Both the position numbers and the translations under genes were made by a program. From assembly GCA_017532045.1 (NCBI GenBank), contig JAFXJW010000054.1, positions 1 to 43,892 of the forward strand: 43,892 bases of DNA, written 5' to 3'. The stretch comes from Clostridia bacterium (GTDB lineage Bacteria > Bacillota > Clostridia > Oscillospirales > CAG-272). Under the pieces are notes generated by a model that saw only the letters and a list, made by a program, of their open reading frames with translations, was not told where the DNA came from and made no database searches. Of the stretch, positions 1-8,330 are shown one piece after another; position 1 is the first letter of the stretch; each line of letters starts with the position of its first letter.

Positions 1-651
1 ATGATCATCAAGATCGACGGTCAGGGCAACAAGATCGACGGTAAGCTCAACCCCTCCTCCGAGATCAAGATGCACATGAGAGTGTATCAGGAGCGTCCCG
101 ACGCAGGCGCCGTCGTTCACGCTCATCCTCCCGTAGCTACCGCCTTCACCGTTGCCGGTGTCGAGCTGGATCAGTACATTCTGCCCGAGGCTATTCTGAC
201 CATCGGTAACGTTCCTACCTGTGACTACGGTATGCCCTCCACCATGGAGATCCCCGAGTCCCTGATGCCCTACATCCAGAAGCACGACGCATTCCTTCTG
301 AAGAACCACGGCGCTCTGACCGTTGGTAACACCCTGCTCCGCGCTTGCTTCACCATGGAAGAGGTCGAGTTCAACGCAAAGATCAACCTGTACGCCCGCC
401 AGATCGGCGCAGGCGCCAACAGCCGCATCGACGAGATCTCCTGCCACGAGCTGGAGAGACTCATGGAGCTGCGTAAGAAGATGGGTCTGCCCGGTAAGCA
501 TCCCGGTTGTAAGTCCTGCCCCAACAAGGGTACCTCCAACTGCAAGTGCAAGGACAACGCCGGCAAGTGCGACTGCGGCGGTCACGGCGCAGCTGACAAC
601 GATCTCGTCGCCGAGATCACCCGTAAGGTTCTGGCCGCTCTGGGTAAGTAA
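1..651 (+). CDS. Class II aldolase (fuculose/rhamnulose-1-phosphate aldolase type), 5' end cut by window edge; C-terminal Cys-rich linker plus encapsulation-peptide-like helix
   Basis: Translation carries class II aldolase metal-ligand contexts VVHAHPP and KNHGALTVG. The tail is HPGCKSCPNKGTSNCKCKDNAGKCDCGGHG followed by amphipathic DLVAEITRKVLAALGK. It heads a same-strand BMC gene string. Confidence 0.85.
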   Translation: MIIKIDGQGNKIDGKLNPSSEIKMHMRVYQERPDAGAVVHAHPPVATAFTVAGVELDQYILPEAILTIGNVPTCDYGMPSTMEIPESLMPYIQKHDAFLLKNHGALTVGNTLLRACFTMEEVEFNAKINLYARQIGAGANSRIDEISCHELERLMELRKKMGLPGKHPGCKSCPNKGTSNCKCKDNAGKCDCGGHGAADNDLVAEITRKVLAALGK

Positions 652-696
652 TTCCCTTAGTCGGAACCGTCACTTACACAGAAAGGAAGAACCGAT

Positions 697-2154
697 ATGG
701 CAATCAACTGGACTGAAGCGCAGGTTGCCGAGCTGGTCGCGAAGGTCGTCTCCGAGATCCGCTCCGGTTCCCCTGCTCCCACCGATAACTGGAACTCCAC
801 CCAGTACAACGGTCGCAAGCTGATCGGCGTTTACGCCACCATGGAGGAGGCCATCGCCGCCGCCGAGGCGGGCTACAAGGCCATCCGTGCCACCAGCGTG
901 GCTGACCGTGAGAAATTTATCACCTCCATTCGTAACTACTGCCGAGCCGAGGCTGGCACCATGGCCGCCCTCGGTGTAGCCGAGACCAAGATGGGTCGTG
1001 TGGATCACAAGACCGCCAAGCACATGCTGGTGGCCGACAAGACCCCCGGCACCGAGGACATCGTGGCTGAGGCCAAGACCGGTGACTACGGTCTGACCCT
1101 CACCGAGCGTGCTCCCTTCGGTGTGGTGGGCGCCATCACCCCCTCCACCAACCCCTCCGAGACCGTCATCTGCAACAGCATGGGCATGATCGCCGCCGGC
1201 AACGGTGTGGTGTTCAATCCTCACCCCGGCGCCATCGCCACCTCCAACTACGCCGTTGATCTGGTCAACCGCGCCGTCCACGCCGTCGGCGGCCCCGAGG
1301 TTCTGGTAGCCTCGGTTGCCAAGCCCACCCTGGAGACGGCGGACGTTATGTACAAGCACCCCTCCATCAAGCTGCTGGTCTGCACCGGCGGCCCCGGCGT
1401 GGTCAAGGCCGTGCTTTCCTCCGGCAAGAAGGCCATTGGTGCCGGTGCCGGTAACCCCCCCGTCATCGTGGATGACACCGCCGACATCGAGAAGGCCGCC
1501 CGTGACATCATCGACGGCTGCACCTTCGACAACAACCTCCCCTGCATCGCCGAGAAGGAAGTCTTCGTATTTAATAACGTGGCTGACCGCCTCATCGCAG
1601 GCATGCAGAAGAACGGCTGCATCCTCCTCACCCGTGAGCAGGCTGACAGACTGGCTGAGGTCGTTTTGAACAAGAAGGTCAACGAGAAGACCGGTAAGGT
1701 CTCTTACGTGGTCAACCGTGACTGCGTAGGCCGTGACGCCCGTGTCATTCTCGCCAAGATCGGCATCAACGTGGGCCCCGAGATCCGCTGCGCCATCGCA
1801 GAGGTTCCCTTCGAGCATCTCTTCGTGCAGGAGGAGCTGATGATGCCCATTCTGGGTATCGTCCGTGTCAAGGACATTGACGAGGCCATTGATCTGGCTT
1901 GCAAGGCCGAGCATGGCAACCGTCACACCGCCCACATGCACTCCAAGAACATCGACAACCTCTCCCGCTTCGCCAAGGCGGTGGAGACCACCATCTTCGT
2001 CAAGAACGCTCCCTCCTATGCGGGCATCGGCTTTGGCGGCGAGGGTCACTCCACCTTTACCATCGCAGGCCCCACCGGAGAGGGTATCACCTCGGCCAAG
2101 TCCTTCACCAGACTCCGCCGCTGCGTGATGGCCGATCACTTCCGCATCATTTAA
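697..2154 (+). CDS. pduP: CoA-acylating aldehyde dehydrogenase (PduP/EutE family) with N-terminal encapsulation peptide
   Basis: 485-aa ALDH-fold ORF with catalytic Cys context NNLPCIAEKE. RBS GAAAGGAAG lies before ATG 697. The N-terminus TEAQVAELVAKVVSEI is amphipathic and is followed by a Ser/Pro linker. Confidence 0.9.
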   Translation: MAINWTEAQVAELVAKVVSEIRSGSPAPTDNWNSTQYNGRKLIGVYATMEEAIAAAEAGYKAIRATSVADREKFITSIRNYCRAEAGTMAALGVAETKMGRVDHKTAKHMLVADKTPGTEDIVAEAKTGDYGLTLTERAPFGVVGAITPSTNPSETVICNSMGMIAAGNGVVFNPHPGAIATSNYAVDLVNRAVHAVGGPEVLVASVAKPTLETADVMYKHPSIKLLVCTGGPGVVKAVLSSGKKAIGAGAGNPPVIVDDTADIEKAARDIIDGCTFDNNLPCIAEKEVFVFNNVADRLIAGMQKNGCILLTREQADRLAEVVLNKKVNEKTGKVSYVVNRDCVGRDARVILAKIGINVGPEIRCAIAEVPFEHLFVQEELMMPILGIVRVKDIDEAIDLACKAEHGNRHTAHMHSKNIDNLSRFAKAVETTIFVKNAPSYAGIGFGGEGHSTFTIAGPTGEGITSAKSFTRLRRCVMADHFRII

Positions 2155-2225
2155 CCAGGGCGCTGCCCTGGACCCGCTCAAACCCTTTTACAAAAGGGTT
2201 TGAGAATCCCAAAATCTTTAAAAAG
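2155..2225. repeat. Structured intergenic repeat, family A, copy 1 (forward)
   Basis: Architecture: GC hairpin CCAGGGCgcTGCCCTGG, then ACCCG, then hairpin CTCAAACCCTTTTacAAAAGGGTTTGAG, then AATCCCAAAATCTTTAAA. The same architecture recurs 12 more times in the window. Confidence 0.8.
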
Positions 2226-2303
2226 AATTTAGGGATGTAGGGGCCGACGTCCTCGGCGGCCCGAACAAATCGAGGACAAGTTCGCAGAAAGGAAAGAAAA
2301 ACA

Positions 2304-3539
2304 ATGGATATTTCCGCTAATCAGATTGAAGCCATTGTCCGCCAGGTCGTAGCCTCCATGGGTGCCGGTTCTACCGCCCGCAGAACGGCCGCAGGTCCTC
2401 TGCCCAAGGTTGCCAAGGTCGCTATGCTGGTAGGTCCCAAGAAGATCGAGATCCAGGAAGTTCCCCTCCCCGAGCTGGGCGAGGACGACATCCTGATCAA
2501 GGTCGAGGGCGCCGGTGTCTGCGGTACCGACGTTCATGAGTGGAAGATGGATCCCTTCGGCCTCATGCCCGTGGTTCTCGGCCATGAGGGTACCGGTGAG
2601 GTCGTCTACTGTGGCAAGAACATCGTCAAGGACACCGCAGGTAACCCCATCGGCGTTGGCGACAAGATCGTTACCTCCGTTATCTCCTGCGGCGACTGCT
2701 ACAACTGCCGCATGACCCCCGGTCGCACCAACCTGTGCGCCAATCAGGGCGTTTTCGGCCTGATCGGTGACAAGAGAGGCTCCGCCGAGGGCAACCGCGC
2801 CAACGGCTGGTTCGCCGACTACATGCTCATCCGCGGCGGCGAGGCCTCCGGCGCTACCTTCTTCCAGGTCAACGAGCTGAACCTGAATCAGCGTATGATC
2901 CTGGAGCTGGCTTGCGTTTGCGTCCACGCTCTGGAGAGAGGCCAGAAGACCGGCCTTCTGAACTTCGGCTCTAAGGTTCTGGTTCAGGGTTGCGGCCCTG
3001 TGGGTCTGGTGATGATCACGGTTCTCCGTGCCGCCGGTATCAACCACGTCATCGCCGTGGACGGCAACGAGGACCGTCTGAAGGTCGCTCAGAAGATGGG
3101 CGCTAAGACCACCATCTGCTTCAAGCGTCCCGACGAGGACACCATTGACAAGCGCGTTGCCAAGGTTCAGGCCGTTGCCAACGGCGTGGGCGTTGACTTC
3201 GCCTTCCAGTGCACCGGCGCTCCTGTTGCCGCCGCTGACATTTACGCATACATCCGCCGTGGCGGCGGTATGTGCGAGATGGGCTTCTTCGTCAACAACG
3301 GCGAGTACTCCGTCAACCCCCACTTCGCTATGTGCAACAAGGAGATCGACATCGTCGGCTCTTGGGACTACTCCGCTGAGGACTACCCCAAGACCGTGGC
3401 CTTCCTGAAGCAGTGTCAGGAGATGAACATCCCGATCGAGGAGCTCATCACCCACACCTTCCCCCTCGATCAGATGAACGAGGCTATGGAGACCAACGTG
3501 GCTCAGAAGGGCATCAAGATCGCCTATATCGCTAAATAA
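2304..3539 (+). CDS. Zinc-dependent medium-chain alcohol dehydrogenase with N-terminal encapsulation peptide
   Basis: MDR motifs are present: GVCGTDVH, GHEGTGEV, structural-Zn CGDCYNC and Rossmann GCGPVGL. The N-terminus SANQIEAIVRQVVASM is followed by a roughly 20-aa linker. RBS GAAAGGAAAG. Confidence 0.85.
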   Translation: MDISANQIEAIVRQVVASMGAGSTARRTAAGPLPKVAKVAMLVGPKKIEIQEVPLPELGEDDILIKVEGAGVCGTDVHEWKMDPFGLMPVVLGHEGTGEVVYCGKNIVKDTAGNPIGVGDKIVTSVISCGDCYNCRMTPGRTNLCANQGVFGLIGDKRGSAEGNRANGWFADYMLIRGGEASGATFFQVNELNLNQRMILELACVCVHALERGQKTGLLNFGSKVLVQGCGPVGLVMITVLRAAGINHVIAVDGNEDRLKVAQKMGAKTTICFKRPDEDTIDKRVAKVQAVANGVGVDFAFQCTGAPVAAADIYAYIRRGGGMCEMGFFVNNGEYSVNPHFAMCNKEIDIVGSWDYSAEDYPKTVAFLKQCQEMNIPIEELITHTFPLDQMNEAMETNVAQKGIKIAYIAK

Positions 3540-3556
3540 GCAAAGGAGTTACCCAT

Positions 3557-3907
3557 ATGGCAGCTCTTGGAATGCTTGAAGTTTACGGCTTTGCTACCGC
3601 CGTGGTCGTCGCCGATGCCTGCGCTAAGGCCGCCGACGTCAAGATCGTGGCCATCGACCGCAACAAGCCCGCCAACGCCGACAAGTGCGAGGTGCCGCTG
3701 GTTATGGTCGTGAAGTTCGAGGGATCTCCCGCCGCCGTCGAGGCCGCCCACGATGCGGGCAAGGCCGCCGCCGAGGAGCGTGGTCTGTTCATCACCTCGA
3801 AGATCATCGCCGGGCTTGATCCCAGCGTGGAGTGGTTCGCACATCTGACCGCTACCGGTCGCGACAAGCTCCGCAATTACACCACCGTTGACGGCCGAAA
3901 GGTCTAA
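3557..3907 (+). CDS. BMC-H shell protein (single BMC domain, divergent, C-terminal extension)
   Basis: AALGMLEVYGFATAVVVADACAKAADV is a typical BMC-domain N-terminus. 116 aa. RBS AAAGGAG. Confidence 0.85.
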   Translation: MAALGMLEVYGFATAVVVADACAKAADVKIVAIDRNKPANADKCEVPLVMVVKFEGSPAAVEAAHDAGKAAAEERGLFITSKIIAGLDPSVEWFAHLTATGRDKLRNYTTVDGRKV

Positions 3908-3984
3908 AGCCCTTTCCGAAGGTCTGACCCTTCCCCGCGACGCATACACAATCTCAAAAAAAATTTTTAAAGGAGAATACAACA

Positions 3985-4257
3985 ATGAACGAAGCTCTTG
4001 GTATGGTTGAGACCCGTGGTCTCGTAGCTGCAATCGAGGCAGCTGATGCAATGGTAAAGGCCGCTAACGTTACCCTGATCGGTTCCGAGAAGATCGGTTC
4101 CGGCCTGGTATCCGTCATGGTCCGTGGCGACGTCGGTGCTGTTAAGGCCGCTGTTGAGGCCGGTGGCGCTGCCGCTTCTCGCCTGGGTGAGGTCGTTGCC
4201 ACTCACGTTATCCCCAGACCCCACACCGACGTGGACAAACTCCTGCCCTCCATCTAA
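3985..4257 (+). CDS. pduA: BMC-H shell protein, PduA/EutM type, paralog 1
   Basis: 90 aa: [31 protein letters not shown]...[13 protein letters not shown]. Canonical PduA-like sequence. RBS AAAGGAG. Confidence 0.93.
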   Translation: MNEALGMVETRGLVAAIEAADAMVKAANVTLIGSEKIGSGLVSVMVRGDVGAVKAAVEAGGAAASRLGEVVATHVIPRPHTDVDKLLPSI

Positions 4258-4268
4258 GGAACGCCTTA

Positions 4269-4341
4269 CAAGGGCTCTGCCCTTGACCCGCTCAAGGGAC
4301 TTTTTGAAAAAAGTCCCTTGAGAATCCCCAAAAACTTTAAG
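4269..4341. repeat. Family A repeat, copy 2 (forward)
   Basis: CAAGGGCtcTGCCCTTG, ACCCG, CTCAAGGGACTTTTTgaAAAAAGTCCCTTGAG, AATCCCCAAAAACTTTAAG. The stem sequence differs from copy 1 but pairing is preserved. Confidence 0.8.
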
Positions 4342-4399
4342 TAATTTTTGAGGATTGGGAAAACGTTCTTGCCTACCAAACGAAAGCGAGGTACTGAAA

Positions 4400-4684
4400 A
4401 TGGAAAAGGCAATCGCACTGCTCGAGGTACAGGCAATGGTTACGGCCATTGTTGGTCTTGACGCTATGATCAAGGCCGCTGACGTGAAGCTGATTCACGT
4501 CGAAAAGAGACTGGGCGGTCGTCTTGTGACCGTGGTGGTTGAAGGCGAGGTTTCGGCTGTTCAGGCCGCCGCCGATGCCGGCAAGGCCGCCGCCGCTGAG
4601 GTTGGCTCTGTCAAGCTCTGCGAGGTCATCGCGCGCCCCCATTCTGAAGTCATGAAGTTCCTCCGCACCGATCCCATTCCCTGA
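4400..4684 (+). CDS. BMC-H shell protein (third type)
   Basis: MEKAIALLEVQAMVTAIVGLDAMIKAADVKL...GEVSAVQAAADAG. Start moved to ATG 4400, which sits behind a purine-rich RBS; the listed ORF start lies inside a repeat. Confidence 0.85.
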   Translation: MEKAIALLEVQAMVTAIVGLDAMIKAADVKLIHVEKRLGGRLVTVVVEGEVSAVQAAADAGKAAAAEVGSVKLCEVIARPHSEVMKFLRTDPIP

Positions 4685-4763
4685 TCGGACGGATGTAACG
4701 AGATAATTCCCCATACACCCAACTCACAAACAAAAAACAAAATTTTCTTAGGAGGAAAATACA

Positions 4764-5036
4764 ATGAACGAAGCTCTTGGTATGGTTGAGACCCGCGGTC
4801 TCGTAGCTGCAATTGAGGCTGCCGATGCTATGGTTAAGGCTGCCAACGTTACCCTGATCGGTTCCGAGAAGATCGGTTCCGGCCTGGTATCCGTCATGGT
4901 CCGTGGCGACGTCGGTGCTGTTAAGGCCGCTGTTGAGGCCGGTGGCGCTGCCGCTTCTCGCCTGGGTGAGGTTATTGCTACTCACGTCATCCCCAGACCC
5001 CACACCGATGTGGATAAGCTCCTGCCCAAGATCTAA
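4764..5036 (+). CDS. pduA: BMC-H shell protein, PduA/EutM type, paralog 2
   Basis: 90 aa, differing from the 3985-4257 product at 3 residues. RBS TAGGAGG. Confidence 0.93.
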   Translation: MNEALGMVETRGLVAAIEAADAMVKAANVTLIGSEKIGSGLVSVMVRGDVGAVKAAVEAGGAAASRLGEVIATHVIPRPHTDVDKLLPKI

Positions 5037-5046
5037 GGAGCGATTT

Positions 5047-5118
5047 ATGGGGCTCTGCCCCATACCCCGCAAGGCCCTTTCCCCCAAGAAAGGGCCTTGA
5101 CCCCAAGGAATTTTTAGG
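5047..5118. repeat. Family A repeat, copy 3 (forward)
   Basis: ATGGGGCtcTGCCCCAT, ACCCCG, CAAGGCCCTTTCccccaaGAAAGGGCCTTG, ACCCCAAGGAATTTTTAGG. Confidence 0.7.
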
Positions 5119-5211
5119 ACACACGTATTATAAATGGGAGAACGAATGCTCTTTTGAAAAAAAGGCCGTTGGTTTTTCAATTTGTAACTACTATGGAAAG
5201 AGGTTTTGAAT

Positions 5212-5868
5212 ATGGAACTGAACGCAAGCACCATTGAGGCGATCGTCAAGAAGATCGTCTCCGAAATGGATGCCCCCGCCGCATCAAATGATCTAACCAT
5301 TCCCGTCGGCATCTCCAACCGTCACATCCACCTGTCCCGTGAGGATCTGGATACCCTCTTCGGCAAGGGCTACGAGCTGACCCCCATCAAGGATCTGTCC
5401 CAGCCCGGCCAGTACGCCTGCAAGGAGCTTCTCACCATCATCGGCCCCTCTATGCGTCCCATTGAGAACGTCCGTGTTCTGGGCCCCATCCGCAAGGAGA
5501 GCCAGGTTGAGATCTCTGTCACCGACTCCTTCGTCCTGAAGGTCAAGCCTCCCGTCCGTGAGTCCGGCTCTCTGGCAGGCTCCGCCCCCATTACCATCAT
5601 CGGCCCCAAGGGTATCGTTACCCTGAAGCAGGGCTGCATCATCGCCAACCGCCACATCCATATGAGCCCCGCTGACGGCGCTCGCTTCGGTGTGAAGGAC
5701 GGCGACTACATTACCGTGGACGCCTTCAGCGGCACCAAGCGTACCCGCTGGTTCGACGTACAGGTTCGTGTCAGCGACAAGTTCTGCTTGGAGATGCACG
5801 TGGACACCGACGATGCCAATGCCGTGGGCTTCAAGAACGGCAGCACCGTAACCATGGTCAAGGAATAA
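5212..5868 (+). CDS. pduL: Phosphate propanoyltransferase PduL with N-terminal encapsulation peptide
   Basis: Two PduL-type repeats are present, GISNRHIHLS and IANRHIHMS. The N-terminus is STIEAIVKKIVSEM. ATG 5212 follows GAAAGAGG; the listed ORF starts at a TTG 6 nt upstream. Confidence 0.92.
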   Translation: MELNASTIEAIVKKIVSEMDAPAASNDLTIPVGISNRHIHLSREDLDTLFGKGYELTPIKDLSQPGQYACKELLTIIGPSMRPIENVRVLGPIRKESQVEISVTDSFVLKVKPPVRESGSLAGSAPITIIGPKGIVTLKQGCIIANRHIHMSPADGARFGVKDGDYITVDAFSGTKRTRWFDVQVRVSDKFCLEMHVDTDDANAVGFKNGSTVTMVKE

Positions 5869-5899
5869 TTCAACAAACGAAGAAAGAACGGAGTACATC

Positions 5900-6163
5900 A
5901 TGCTCAAAGGAAAAGTCGTGGGTACCATTGTGTCCACCAATAAATTCGATTCTCTCCGGGGCTACAAGTTTCTGGAGATCCAGCTCAAGGAAAAGGACGA
6001 GCTGACCGACCGCTACATCATCGCCGTGGATCGCTCCATCAGCGCCGGCATCGGCGAGGAGGTACTGGTGGTCACCGGCTCCTCTGCCCGTGCCGCCGTA
6101 GGTGACATCAATGCCCCCGTGGATGCCGTCGTGGCAGGCATCATTGACAAGCTTCAATTTTGA
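5900..6163 (+). CDS. pduN: BMC-P pentameric vertex protein (EutN/PduN/CcmL family)
   Basis: 87 aa: MLKGKVVGTIVSTNKFDSLRGYKFLEIQ...VVTGSSAR, typical of EutN/CcmL. Confidence 0.9.
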   Translation: MLKGKVVGTIVSTNKFDSLRGYKFLEIQLKEKDELTDRYIIAVDRSISAGIGEEVLVVTGSSARAAVGDINAPVDAVVAGIIDKLQF

Positions 6164-6266
6164 CCCTCCTTCCGTGGGATCCTCCGAGAATCCTGCCCGA
6201 CAGATCCCATCGGGCAAGGCATCCGAGTGACTCCACAGATAAAACCTATTAATAAGGATACCGATT

Positions 6267-7592
6267 ATGGCAGATTTGAAACAACTCCTCAAAGACAATG
6301 GCGTTGTCGGCGCGGGCGGAGCGGGCTTCCCCTCCTACTGCAAGCTGGCCGAGGGTGCTGACACCCTGCTCATCAACGCGGTCGAGTGCGAGCCCCTGCT
6401 CTACACCAGCTACACCCTCATGCAGGAGCGCATCCGTGACATCATCATCGGCATGCGCGCCGTTATGGAGTACGCCAACATTCCCCGTGGCCTTTTGGCT
6501 GTGAAGGACTACCGCGCCCAGAAGCTGGGCTATTCCGACGGTCAGGAGCTGGCTCCCGGCGTGTTCATTAAGTACGTTCCCAACGTCTACCCCATGGGTG
6601 ACGAGATCAACCTGATCTACACCGCTACGGGGCGTGTTGTTCCTCCCGGACAGCTCCCCATCACCCGCGGCGTGATCGTGTTCAATACCGAGACCATCTA
6701 CAACATCGGTCTGGTGGTGCAGTTCAACCAGCCCGTGACCAAGACCTACCTGACCATCTCGGGTGACACCGACAAGGCCTACTGCGTCAAGGTTCCCGTT
6801 GGCATGAAGATCGCCGAGGTGCTGAAGATCATGAACGTGGAGGTGCCCGACACCCACGTGGTCATCGACGGCGGCCCCTCCATGGGTACGGTGGTCAACC
6901 TCAGCACCGACGTGGTCAAGAAGCCCTGCTCGGGTCTTCTGATCCTACCCAAGACGATCCCCGCCGTGCAAAACAAGCTCCGCACCAAGGAGGACAACTT
7001 CCGCCGCGCGGCCTCTGTTTGCTGCCAGTGCAACCGCTGCACCGACCTGTGCCCCAGACACCTGCTGGGCTACCCTCTGGAGCCCCACAAGATGGTGCGC
7101 TCCACCCTGTCCGCCGCCATGGCCGATCCCGAGCTGATCAAGACCGCCACCATGTGTTGCGGCTGTGACATTTGCAGCACCCTGGCCTGCTGCCAGGATA
7201 TCTCTCCCATGCAGATCATCAAGGAGTACAAGGGCATTCTGGCCAAGAACCGTATGAAGTATGTGGCCGACCCGAGCGAGCAGTTCACTCCCTCCCCCGA
7301 GCGCGAGGCTCGTATGGTCAGCGCCGGCAAATGGAAGGAAGTACTGGGCGTTGCTAAGTATGACAAATTCCCCCCCATCTACGTGGAGGAGAAGCTGAAG
7401 GCTTCCGAGGTCTTCGTGCCCATGTCCCAGCACATCGGTGCTCCCGCTGTTCCCATCGTTGCCGTTGGCGACCACGTTGAGGAGAACCAGATGATCGCAA
7501 AGGCTGACGAAGGCCTGTCCATCCCCCACTTCGCTCCCATCTCCGGTCGCGTCACCTACGTGGACGCCAAGACCATCGTGATCCACGCATAA
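6267..7592 (+). CDS. pduS: PduS-like / RnfC-like Fe-S flavoprotein
   Basis: GAGGAGFPSYCKL nucleotide-binding motif. Two Cys clusters, CCQCNRCTDLCP and CCGCDICSTLAC. A C-terminal barrel-sandwich-like segment SQHIGAPAVPIV...GRVTYVD. Confidence 0.8.
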   Translation: MADLKQLLKDNGVVGAGGAGFPSYCKLAEGADTLLINAVECEPLLYTSYTLMQERIRDIIIGMRAVMEYANIPRGLLAVKDYRAQKLGYSDGQELAPGVFIKYVPNVYPMGDEINLIYTATGRVVPPGQLPITRGVIVFNTETIYNIGLVVQFNQPVTKTYLTISGDTDKAYCVKVPVGMKIAEVLKIMNVEVPDTHVVIDGGPSMGTVVNLSTDVVKKPCSGLLILPKTIPAVQNKLRTKEDNFRRAASVCCQCNRCTDLCPRHLLGYPLEPHKMVRSTLSAAMADPELIKTATMCCGCDICSTLACCQDISPMQIIKEYKGILAKNRMKYVADPSEQFTPSPEREARMVSAGKWKEVLGVAKYDKFPPIYVEEKLKASEVFVPMSQHIGAPAVPIVAVGDHVEENQMIAKADEGLSIPHFAPISGRVTYVDAKTIVIHA

Positions 7593-7607
7593 GAGAGGTA
7601 AAGAAAT

Positions 7608-8153
7608 ATGTATCAGGCTATTGGAATTATCGAACTGAAAAGCATTGCCAAGGGCATCGAGGCCACCGACGCCGCTCTGAAGAGCGCAGGCATCCGCCTC
7701 GTTCAGGCTCACCCCTCCTGCCCCGGCAAGTATGAGATCATTCTGACCGGCGCCATCGCCGACGTAACCGCCGCCGTGGAGTACGTCAAGGGTCGTTTCG
7801 ACGACCGCATGATCGACTCCACCGTCATCGGTCGCATCGACGAGCAGGTCATCACCGCGCTGTTCGGCACTCAGCCCGGCGAGCAAAAGGGCTCCGTGGG
7901 CATCATCGAGGCCTACTCCGCCGCTTCCACCGTGAAGGCCGCCGATATCGCCGTCAAGACCGCCAAGGTCTCGGTTCTGGAGCTTCGTCTGTCCCGCGGT
8001 ATGGGCGGTAAAGGCATGGTCATCGTCACCGGTGACGTGGGCGACGTGACCGCCGCCATTGAGGCCGGCGCTCAGCACGCCAAGGATCAGGGTCTGTTCT
8101 GCAACTCTGCCGTGATCCCCGCCCCCCACGCCGAGCTGTGGGCTCAGCTGTAA
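7608..8153 (+). CDS. pduT: BMC-T tandem-domain shell protein, PduT-like with pore cysteine
   Basis: 181 aa with two BMC domains. HPSCPGKYEI matches the PduT Fe-S-ligand Cys context. Confidence 0.85.
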   Translation: MYQAIGIIELKSIAKGIEATDAALKSAGIRLVQAHPSCPGKYEIILTGAIADVTAAVEYVKGRFDDRMIDSTVIGRIDEQVITALFGTQPGEQKGSVGIIEAYSAASTVKAADIAVKTAKVSVLELRLSRGMGGKGMVIVTGDVGDVTAAIEAGAQHAKDQGLFCNSAVIPAPHAELWAQL

Positions 8154-8165
8154 GAGAACGATTCT

Positions 8166-8241
8166 TGGGGCGTTGCCCCGGTACGCAAGGGCTCTGCCCT
8201 TGAGAATCCCCAAAAACCTTTGAAACCTATGGTTTTCAAAG
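8166..8241. repeat. Family A repeat, copy 4 (forward, variant)
   Basis: GGGGCGTTGCCCC, GTACG, CAAGGGCtcTGCCCTTG, AGAATCCCCAAAAACCTTTGAAA. Confidence 0.7.
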
Positions 8242-8330
8242 AAAAAGTAAGCCGAAAAACGAGGTTTACTTCCCTTTTAACGTTGCCGTTCCCGAATATT
8301 TCGTATGTATAGATAAGTGAGGGTCATCCT

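Noticed and set aside
670-2181. Very long antisense ORFs opposite real genes. Examples: 670-2181(-), 2229-3455(-), 6945-8213(-), 8277-10931(-), 12925-14142(-), 16721-19936(+), 23417-24439(+), 29483-31456(+), 32346-34067(+), 35190-36356(+) and 37392-38765(+).
   Set aside because: These are shadow frames of GC3-rich genes. Their translations are G/V/D/H/L/A-rich low-complexity sequence with no recognisable motifs and no RBS. The opposite strand in each case carries a clearly identifiable protein family.
2177-2204. Family A hairpins inside the BMC operon considered as intrinsic terminators.
   Set aside because: In the operon (forward) orientation the stems are followed by AATCCCCAAAAA rather than a U-tract. 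Genes continue on the same strand immediately afterwards. They may still pause or stabilise RNA, but they are not classical terminators.
6267-7592. RnfC-like gene considered as part of an Rnf ion-translocating complex.
   Set aside because: No rnfD/G/E/A/B genes are nearby. The gene is embedded between BMC-P and BMC-T shell genes, as PduS homologues are.
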